Below are positions 17,396 to 23,764 of a stretch of DNA of 23,764 nt, in pieces; position 1 is the stretch's first letter, and each line of letters begins with the position of its first letter. Below the pieces are notes generated by a model, which was not told the DNA's origin, made no database searches, and saw only the letters and a program-made list of their open reading frames with translations. The stretch is from Gemmatimonadota bacterium (GTDB taxonomy: Bacteria; Gemmatimonadota; Gemmatimonadetes; Longimicrobiales; RSA9), in contig JBBDRO010000043.1 of NCBI GenBank assembly GCA_040905425.1, positions 17,417 to 41,180 on the forward strand. The letters are read 5' to 3'. Made by a program: the position numbers and the translations under genes.

Positions 17396-17422
17396 TGGTG
17401 GCGGGCCCGCTGCGCAGGGAAC

Positions 17423-17520
17423 TGGCGGGAGCGTGTGGGAATCGAACCCACCGATCCGGGTATCAACCGGACCACGACGGTTTTGAAGACCGCTCCGCCC
17501 ACCAGGACGGCTCCGCCCCC
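17423..17520 (-). tRNA. selC: tRNA-Sec (anticodon UCA)
   Basis: GGGGGCGG-AG-CCGTCC TGGT GGGCGG (6-bp D stem, 4-nt loop); GCGGT CTTCAAA ACCGT anticodon arm; long variable arm; GTGGG TTCGATT CCCAC T arm; G discriminator and encoded CCA. Confidence 0.96.
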
Positions 17521-17532
17521 TCGCTGAGGGCG

Positions 17533-17561
17533 AATGTAGCGCGCCCGCACCCCACCGCCAA
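17533..17561 (-). promoter_or_regulatory. Probable sigma70 promoter of selC
   Basis: TTGGCG (17561-17556), N17, TACATT (17538-17533), 12 bp upstream of the tRNA 5' end. Confidence 0.6.
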
Positions 17562-17624
17562 AAAGCCGGCCTGCGCCGGCGCCCGCCTGTGCCGGCGCCC
17601 GCGCCGCCCCTATCTTGACCTCCC

Positions 17625-19436
17625 ATGAGGATCGCCTACCTGGACGGCGCCCGTCTGCGCCGCGCGTTGCTCGCGGGCTGTGACCATGTGCAGGGCATGC
17701 GCGGTGAGCTGAACCGCATCAACGTCTTCCCCGTGCCGGATGGGGACACGGGCACCAACCTAGGCCTCACGGCGGCCGCGCTCGCTGAGCATCTGCGCCC
17801 GCTGCGCGAGCGGCACGTGGGCATCGTGGCGCGCGGCGCGGCCGAGGCCGCCATCGTGGGGGCGCGCGGCAACTGCGGCATGATCCTGTCCCACTTTCTC
17901 CTGGGCTTCGCGGACAGCGTGGGGGAGCGCTCACGGCTGCGTCGCGCCGAATTCGCGGCCGCCCTGCAGGATGCCGTGACCCACGTCTACCGCGCGCTCG
18001 AACAGCCCGTGGAAGGCACGATCGTCACTGTGATGCGCGCGGTGGCCGACGAAGCGCGCGCAGCTCCCACGCACGATTTCGAGGAACTCCTGGGTCTGCT
18101 CCTGAGGCGCGCCCACCTGGCGGTCGAGAGCACCCCCGAGCTGCTCCCGGCCCTGCGCGAGGCCGGTGTGGTGGACGCGGGGGCCAAGGGCTTCTTCCAC
18201 ATGGTGGAAGGCGTGGTCCGCGACGTGCGCGGGGACCCCGCGGCCGTGGTGGAGGCGCCACGCCCATCCGGAGCGGCGCTGGACACGGCGGCCGCGCGCG
18301 TGACCTACGACGAACGTGAGCGCTTCCGTTTCTGCACGGAAGCTCTGGTGCGTGGCACCGCCGCGGAGACCCGGGACGTGCAAGCCGCCCTGCACGGGCG
18401 CGGCGACTCCCTCATCGTCATCCGGTCCAGCGACATCCTCAAGGTGCACATCCATACGGATGACCCCGAGGACGTCTTCACCTACCTGCGCACCCTCGGC
18501 CGGCTGGTCACCCACAAGGCGGAGGACATGGCCGCCCAGCACGCCGCCGTGGCGCGCGCCAATACCGGTCACGTCCGGCTGGCGCGCCGACCGCTGAGCC
18601 TGGTGACCGACAGCGGCTGTGATCTGCCTGCGGAGATCCTCCGTGCCCACGGTATCCGGGTGGTCCCGCTCACCCTGGTATTCGAGCACGAGGTGCTGCT
18701 GGACGGCGTGGACATCCATGCGGATGCCTTCGTGGAGCGGCTGCGCCGGGGGGAGCATCCCGGCACCTCGCAACCGTCACCCGCCGCGTTCGCGGAGGCC
18801 TTCCGGGGCGCGGCCGAGGACGGGGAGGCGGTGCTGGCCGTCCTGCTGGCCGCGAGCCTGTCGGGCACCTTCCGCTCGGCGTGTGCCGCCGCCGGCAGCG
18901 TTGCCGAGGCGCCCATTCACCTGGTGGACTCCCGGGGAGCTTCCCTGACCGAGGGGCTCCTGGTGCTGCGCGCGGCCGAGCTGGCGGAACTGGGCTGGGC
19001 GCCGCAACGCATCGCCGCGGAGCTGGAGCGGATCCGGGACCGGTCGGGGATCCTCTTCACCGTGGATGTCTTCGACAATCTCCTGGCGTCGGGGCGGGTC
19101 GGACGCGGCAAGGTGGTGATCGCGGGGCTGCTGGACCTCAAGCCCGTGCTCGGCCTGCGCCCCGACGGTACCGTAGCCCGCTGCGGGCAGATTCGGGGTG
19201 GCGGACCCGGGGTGCCGCGCATCATGGGGATGCTGGCCGAACGGATCCCCGCCGACGCGCGGGCGCTCCGCTTCGGCGTGATGCACGTAGGTCGCCCCGA
19301 GATCGTCCCGGAGGTATGCGCCGCGCTCGAGAAGAACTTCGGCGCGCGCGAGGTGATCACCGCGCCCGCCAGCCCCGTGCTGGCCACCCACCTGGGGCCG
19401 GGCGCGTGGGGCGTGGCGTACCAGGTGGAGGATTGA
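17625..19436 (+). CDS. DAK2 (FakA-like) domain fused to a DegV (FakB-like) fatty-acid-binding domain
   Basis: LNRINVFPVPDGDTGTNL, GARGNCGMILS, PVEGTIVTV, GVVDAGAKG, FCTE, KVHIHTDDP; then LVTDSGCDL, TSQPSP, SLSGT, VDSRGAS, SGRVG, VLATHLGPGAWGV. Confidence 0.92.
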   Translation: MRIAYLDGARLRRALLAGCDHVQGMRGELNRINVFPVPDGDTGTNLGLTAAALAEHLRPLRERHVGIVARGAAEAAIVGARGNCGMILSHFLLGFADSVGERSRLRRAEFAAALQDAVTHVYRALEQPVEGTIVTVMRAVADEARAAPTHDFEELLGLLLRRAHLAVESTPELLPALREAGVVDAGAKGFFHMVEGVVRDVRGDPAAVVEAPRPSGAALDTAAARVTYDERERFRFCTEALVRGTAAETRDVQAALHGRGDSLIVIRSSDILKVHIHTDDPEDVFTYLRTLGRLVTHKAEDMAAQHAAVARANTGHVRLARRPLSLVTDSGCDLPAEILRAHGIRVVPLTLVFEHEVLLDGVDIHADAFVERLRRGEHPGTSQPSPAAFAEAFRGAAEDGEAVLAVLLAASLSGTFRSACAAAGSVAEAPIHLVDSRGASLTEGLLVLRAAELAELGWAPQRIAAELERIRDRSGILFTVDVFDNLLASGRVGRGKVVIAGLLDLKPVLGLRPDGTVARCGQIRGGGPGVPRIMGMLAERIPADARALRFGVMHVGRPEIVPEVCAALEKNFGAREVITAPASPVLATHLGPGAWGVAYQVED

Positions 19437-19457
19437 GGCCCTGACCCGCTGGCGCCT

Positions 19458-19844
19458 TCAGCCGCGCAGGGCCACCACCTCTATCTCCACGAGCGCTTCC
19501 TTGGGGAGCGTGCGCACGGCAACGGTCGATCGGGCCGGCGCATGGTCGCCGAAGAAACGCGCGTAGACCTCGTTCATGGGCGCGAAATCCCCCATGTCCG
19601 CCAGGAATACGGTGGTCTTGATGACGTGCTGCAGGCTCGAGCCCGCGGCCTCCAGTACCGCCCGCAGGTTGCGCATCACCTGTTCGGTCTGTGTGCCCAC
19701 CTCCGTGCCCACCACTTCCATGTTCTCGGGGTCCAGCGCAATCTGGCCCGCCGTGTAGACCAGATCTCCCGCCACCATGGCCTGACTGTACGGGCCGATG
19801 GCCGCAGGCGCCGCCTCGGTGTGTACCTTCCGCATCTCCATCAT
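19458..19844 (-). CDS. ridA: RidA/YjgF family reactive intermediate (enamine/imine) deaminase
   Basis: APAAIGPYSQA, AGQIALDP, KTTVFLADMGDFAPMNEVY, PARSTV (catalytic Arg), LVEIEVVA. Confidence 0.9.
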   Translation of the reverse strand: MMEMRKVHTEAAPAAIGPYSQAMVAGDLVYTAGQIALDPENMEVVGTEVGTQTEQVMRNLRAVLEAAGSSLQHVIKTTVFLADMGDFAPMNEVYARFFGDHAPARSTVAVRTLPKEALVEIEVVALRG

Positions 19845-19887
19845 CCACCCCTCGCTTTGCGGCGGCCCGCTCCGGGGCCGCGTCGGT

Positions 19888-20892
19888 TCAATTCCCAGTT
19901 TCCTGCGCGTGGTGCTCGTCCACGGCCAGGCGCAGTTCCGCGGGCGCGACCGTGGTGACCCCGGCGCGGCCCACCTCGATGCCGGCGGCGTGATTCGCCA
20001 GCACGGCGGCTTCCGCGGCTGTTGCGCCGGCGGCGAGCGCCACCGCCATGACCGCGGTCACGGTGTCACCCGCGCCCGACACGTCGTAGACGGAGCGCGC
20101 CAGGGCGGGCACCTGGAGATACTCGCCCTCCTGTGTGCAGAGCGCCATGCCATGCTCGCCCAGCGTGAGCAGGAGATAGCGGCACCCGAGGCGCTGACGC
20201 GTGGCCTCCATCCACACCGGGTCCTCCGGTCGGATCCCCTCGCGCAACGCGGCAGCCAGCTCCAGCAGATTCGGCTTGAAGACCGTGGCGCCCGCGTAAT
20301 CGAAGAAGAAGCGGCTCTTGGGGTCCACCACCACCGGGATGGCGGCGCTGGCCGCCGCGTCCAGCGCGGCGCGGATCACCGTGGGCTGCAGCACCCCCTT
20401 GTTGTAGTCCTCCAGCACCAGCACGTCGGCGTCCGTCACGAGGGCGCGCACCCGGGCCACCAGCTGTTCGGCCACCGCGCCGTCCGGGTCCTCCTCGTCC
20501 TCCTGGTCGTAGCGTACCACCTGCTGCTGGCGCGCCATGATGCGCGTCTTCACCGTGGTCGGCCTGCCCTCCACGGGCAGCACCTGCGACGCGTCGATGC
20601 CGGCGGCCTCCAGGGCGTCCCGCAGCTCCAGCGCGTGGGTGTCCGCGCCCACGAAGCCCACCACCCGGCAGGCGGCGCCCAGCGCCACCACGTTGGCGGC
20701 CACGTTGGCCGCACCACCGAGTGCCCGCCATTTCTCTTCCACTTTCACCACGGGGACGGGGGCCTCGGGAGAGATGCGGGAGACGGAGCCACGCAGGTAG
20801 ACGTCCAGCATGAGGTCCCCTACCACCAGCACCTTCAAAGCGGTGGCGCGTTCGAGGATCTCCTCGGTTCGCGCGAGGGTGAGGTGGTTCAT
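19888..20892 (-). CDS. rfaE1: D-glycero-beta-D-manno-heptose-7-phosphate kinase (stand-alone RfaE domain I / HldA)
   Basis: VLVVGDLMLDVYLRGSVSRISPEAPVPV, LGGAANVA, TTVKTRI, EDYNKG, VDPK, VYDVSGAGDTV. ATG at 20892 with GGAG upstream. No adenylyltransferase domain. Confidence 0.92.
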   Translation of the reverse strand: MNHLTLARTEEILERATALKVLVVGDLMLDVYLRGSVSRISPEAPVPVVKVEEKWRALGGAANVAANVVALGAACRVVGFVGADTHALELRDALEAAGIDASQVLPVEGRPTTVKTRIMARQQQVVRYDQEDEEDPDGAVAEQLVARVRALVTDADVLVLEDYNKGVLQPTVIRAALDAAASAAIPVVVDPKSRFFFDYAGATVFKPNLLELAAALREGIRPEDPVWMEATRQRLGCRYLLLTLGEHGMALCTQEGEYLQVPALARSVYDVSGAGDTVTAVMAVALAAGATAAEAAVLANHAAGIEVGRAGVTTVAPAELRLAVDEHHAQETGN

Positions 20893-21019
20893 GCGGGGCA
20901 TCTCCGGACGGGGGGCGGCACGGAAATTGTGTGAGGCCGCCCCGTTCATCATCGGTTCGAGGTCCGGCAAGCTACCGCGGCGTGAGCGGAGTGTAAACCG
21001 CCGCTGGAACGAGGAGGGG

Positions 21020-21832
21020 ATGGCAGGATTCGCGGCCAACGTGGAGGAGCGTGTCCGGGGCATGAGCACCGGCGTGCTCGAGTATTTCATACTGGCCGGC
21101 CGCGCCCTTCGCTTTGCGGTGACCCCGCCGTTCTACTGGCGGGACACCATTGTCCAGATGGATCGCATCGGCGTGGGGTCGCTGCCGATCATCGTCCTGA
21201 CGGGCCTCTTCACGGGCATGGTGCTGGCCCTGCAGAGCTCCGTCGAGCTGAAGCAGTTCGGCGCGGAGATCTACATCGGCAACCTGGTGGGCGCCTCCAT
21301 GGTCCGCGAACTGGGGCCGGTGCTGTGCGCTCTCATGGTGGCGGGGCGGGCGGGTTCGGGCATTGCCGCCGAGATCGGGTCCATGCGTGTGACGGAGCAG
21401 ATCGACGCGCTGCAGAGCTTCGGCACCGACCCCATCCGCAAGCTGGTCACGCCGCGCATCATCGCCGGCCTGGTGGTGCTGCCGCTGCTCACCATGGTGG
21501 TGGATACCGTGGGCATCATGGGTGGACTGCTCATTGCCGTGTTCCGGGTGGGCATCACACCGGACATCTTTCTACAGGGCGTGTTGAACACGCTGGCACA
21601 GGCGGGATTCGTGGGCTTCTTCCCCAAGGACTTCATCAGCGGCCTGGTCAAGCCGCTGGCCTTCGGCGGCATCATCACCCTCACGGCGTGCTATTACGGG
21701 CTGAACACCAAGGGCGGCACGGAGGGCGTGGGCGCGGCGGCCACGAGTTCGGTGGTCACCTGCTCCGTGCTCATCCTGGCCGTGGACTACTTCCTCACGC
21801 AGCTGATGCTCGTGGTGTTGAGCCCAGGATGA
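21020..21832 (+). CDS. mlaE: MlaE family ABC transporter permease
   Basis: GAGGAGG RBS before ATG at 21020; IGVGSLPI, VRELGPVL, AGRAGSGIAAEIGSMRVTEQIDAL, GGTEGVGAAAT. Confidence 0.95.
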   Translation: MAGFAANVEERVRGMSTGVLEYFILAGRALRFAVTPPFYWRDTIVQMDRIGVGSLPIIVLTGLFTGMVLALQSSVELKQFGAEIYIGNLVGASMVRELGPVLCALMVAGRAGSGIAAEIGSMRVTEQIDALQSFGTDPIRKLVTPRIIAGLVVLPLLTMVVDTVGIMGGLLIAVFRVGITPDIFLQGVLNTLAQAGFVGFFPKDFISGLVKPLAFGGIITLTACYYGLNTKGGTEGVGAAATSSVVTCSVLILAVDYFLTQLMLVVLSPG

Positions 21833-22773
21833 TGACTGAAGAAGTGGACCGCCCTCCCGTATCCGCGGCGCAGGACGCCAAGCCGGACGACGCCGCACAC
21901 GAGCGGCGCACGGAAGCCGGCGCGGGCCGTCGGGCGGAGGATTCCGCTGGCGCGCGGGCCTCGCGTGAGGGCGCCGACCATCTCGACGTCATTCGTGAGG
22001 AACTGGAGAATGATCGCCGGACCGAAGCGAACGTGGCGGAGGGACGCCCGATCATTCGCCTCGAGGACGTGCACCTGGCCTTCGATCTGCCCGTGCTGGA
22101 TGGCGTGAGCCTTGAAGTCCGCGAGCGGGAGACCCTCATGGTAGCCGGCGAGTCCGGCACCGGGAAGTCCACCATCCTGAAGCTCATCCTGCGCTTGCTC
22201 GTCCCCGAATCGGGCTCCGTGTGCGTGTTCGACCAGGAGGTCCAGGATCTCACGTTCAAGGAGGCGCTCGACCTGCGCCGCCGCATCGGCATGGTGTTCC
22301 AGAATTCGGCCCTCTTCGACTCGCTCTCCGTGTTCGAGAACGTGGCCTACCCGCTGCGGGAGCGGAATGACCACCTGAGCGAGGAGGACATCCGCGACGC
22401 GGTGCATCAGCGCCTGGAGTTCGTGGATCTGAACCCCGCCCAGGTGGACGACCAGCTCCCCAGTCAGCTCTCGGGCGGCATGAAGAAGCGCGTGGGTGTG
22501 GCCCGGGCCATCATCACGGATCCCGAGGTGGTGCTCTACGACGAACCCACGGCCGGCCTCGATCCTCTCACCATCGGCAAGTTCAATGACCTGGTGCGCA
22601 AACTCCAGCGCGAACTGGGCGTCACCTCGGTGCTGGTGACACACGACATCCGCACGGGCTTTCGCGTGGCCTCGCGCGTCAATCTCCTCCGCGAGGGGCG
22701 CATTGTCTTCGATGGCACGCCGGAGGAGATGGTGGCCGCGGACGATCCCTACATCAAACGGTTTCTGGGCTGA
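21829..22773 (+). CDS. mlaF: MlaF family ABC transporter ATP-binding protein
   Basis: ATGA overlap with mlaE; Walker A GESGTGKS, GMVFQNSALFDSL, LSGGMKKRV, LYDEPTAGLDP, VTHD. Confidence 0.93.
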   Translation: MMTEEVDRPPVSAAQDAKPDDAAHERRTEAGAGRRAEDSAGARASREGADHLDVIREELENDRRTEANVAEGRPIIRLEDVHLAFDLPVLDGVSLEVRERETLMVAGESGTGKSTILKLILRLLVPESGSVCVFDQEVQDLTFKEALDLRRRIGMVFQNSALFDSLSVFENVAYPLRERNDHLSEEDIRDAVHQRLEFVDLNPAQVDDQLPSQLSGGMKKRVGVARAIITDPEVVLYDEPTAGLDPLTIGKFNDLVRKLQRELGVTSVLVTHDIRTGFRVASRVNLLREGRIVFDGTPEEMVAADDPYIKRFLG

Positions 22774-23764
22774 TGGCGGGACGATCCACCACCCGCGGCA
22801 GCTTCGGCTGGCGACAGGTCCGGGTCCTGGCCATGGTCGTGGGCGCCCTCTTCCTGCTCGGCTACGGCGTGTACCGGGTGGGCAAGATCTTCGACATCTT
22901 CGCCGATCGCTACGAGGTCTACACGCTGGTCCCGACCGCGCTCGGCCTGCGCGAAGGCGCACCCGTGACGCTGGCCGGCCAGCGTGTCGGTCAGGTAGTC
23001 GAGATCAGTTTCATTCCCGTGGCGGCCAAGGCGGATGGCAACAACCTGCGGGTGCGGCTGGCGCTGAACGAGGATGTGGCCTCCCAGGTGCGCCGCGATT
23101 CGCGGGCGTTCCTGCGCACCCAGGGGCTGCTCGGGGACAAATACGTGGATATCGCGCCGGGCTCCGAGGCTTCCCCGGCACTGCAGCCAGGGGGGACCCT
23201 GCTCGCGGGCGAGTCCCTGGACCTGGACCAGTTCCTGGAGCGCGCCGCCGGCCTCATGGACGAGACCAGCGCCGTGGTGACGGACGTGCGCACGCTCACG
23301 GCCGGCCTCGTGGCCGGCCAGGGGACGCTCGGCCAGTTCGTGACCGACGACGAGCTTTACGGCCGCCTGGTGGTGACCACGGCGCGGCTGGAAGAGACCC
23401 TGGCCATGGTGAACGACGCCGACGGGACCTTCGGCCGCTTCCTGCGCGACCCCGCGGTGTACAACGAGATCCACTCGGCCGTGGCACGGGTGGACTCGAT
23501 CGGCGAACTGATCCTCTACGGCAGTGGCACCCTTAGCCAGCTGCTGCAGAGCGATTCGCTCTACCAGGGCCTCATGGCCACGGCGCTGCGGGCGGACAGC
23601 GCCCTGGGCGGCCTGAACGCCTTCATCGGCGGCCTGACGCAGGGTGAGGGGACGCTGCAACGCATCCTCACGGACCCCGCGCTCTACGACGAGCTGCTCA
23701 AGGCCGTCATCGACGCCCAGACCCTCATCCAGGCCGTCCGCGACGATCCGAGCGCCTTCAAGCC
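22773..23764 (+). CDS. mlaD: MlaD/MCE family protein with a long helical extension, truncated by the window edge (absent from the ORF track)
   Basis: ATG at 22773 overlaps the mlaF TGA. Manual translation gives MAGRSTTRGSFGWRQVRVLAMVVGALFLLGYGVY (TM), GLREGAPVTLAGQRVGQV, TQGLLGDKYVDIAPG. The frame is open to the end of the window. Confidence 0.92.
   Translation, partial: MAGRSTTRGSFGWRQVRVLAMVVGALFLLGYGVYRVGKIFDIFADRYEVYTLVPTALGLREGAPVTLAGQRVGQVVEISFIPVAAKADGNNLRVRLALNEDVASQVRRDSRAFLRTQGLLGDKYVDIAPGSEASPALQPGGTLLAGESLDLDQFLERAAGLMDETSAVVTDVRTLTAGLVAGQGTLGQFVTDDELYGRLVVTTARLEETLAMVNDADGTFGRFLRDPAVYNEIHSAVARVDSIGELILYGSGTLSQLLQSDSLYQGLMATALRADSALGGLNAFIGGLTQGEGTLQRILTDPALYDELLKAVIDAQTLIQAVRDDPSAFK

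Noticed and set aside
17031..17445. Genomic island integrated at the selC 3' end
   Set aside because: No integrase, no convincing duplicate of the tRNA 3' end and no obvious composition shift in the window. It cannot be excluded beyond the left edge.
14577..17520. Selenium-dependent D-proline reductase system (racemase near selC)
   Set aside because: No prdA- or prdB-like genes are present. The racemase-family motifs match 4-Hyp epimerase, and its partners are oxidative enzymes.
19862..19881. 7-bp hairpin GCGGCCC-N6-GGGCCGC between rfaE1 and ridA as a terminator
   Set aside because: It has no U-tract, is short for this GC level, and lies between co-oriented genes that are probably co-transcribed.
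19888..20892. Truncated or pseudogenised hldE
   Set aside because: A stand-alone kinase domain (rfaE1/hldA) with a separately encoded adenylyltransferase is a known arrangement, and the ORF is intact.

Overview
A very GC-rich bacterial chromosomal segment. Gene content (split rfaE1, DAK2-DegV fusion, BlaI plus M56-HEAT pair, long helical MlaD) suggests a diderm such as Gemmatimonadota, but that is inference. The left 17 kb is one minus-strand run of three blocks, in transcription order. First, a six-gene 4-hydroxyproline catabolic operon: aldehyde dehydrogenase, Hyp 2-epimerase, three-subunit D-Hyp dehydrogenase and a DapA-family deaminase. Second, a BlaI-family repressor and an M56 peptidase sensor with HEAT repeats, preceded by a clear sigma70 promoter with two tandem palindromic operators. 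Third, a type II secretion cluster, gspG-F-H-I-J-K-L-M-(C-like)-D, probably continuing into gspE beyond the left edge, with two tandem ECF-sigma-like promoter motifs upstream. The right part holds tRNA-Sec (selC), a DAK2-DegV (FakA-FakB) fusion, ridA, rfaE1 and a divergent mlaE-mlaF-mlaD operon cut by the right edge. No integrase, transposase or CRISPR array was seen. The most interesting signals are regulatory: the BlaI operators, the ECF-like promoters, a GntR-type palindrome, a likely CTG start, a G10 tract in gspK, and an orphan Pro-rich micro-ORF ending in UGA next to selC. All calls come from motif recognition by eye; no database search was run.
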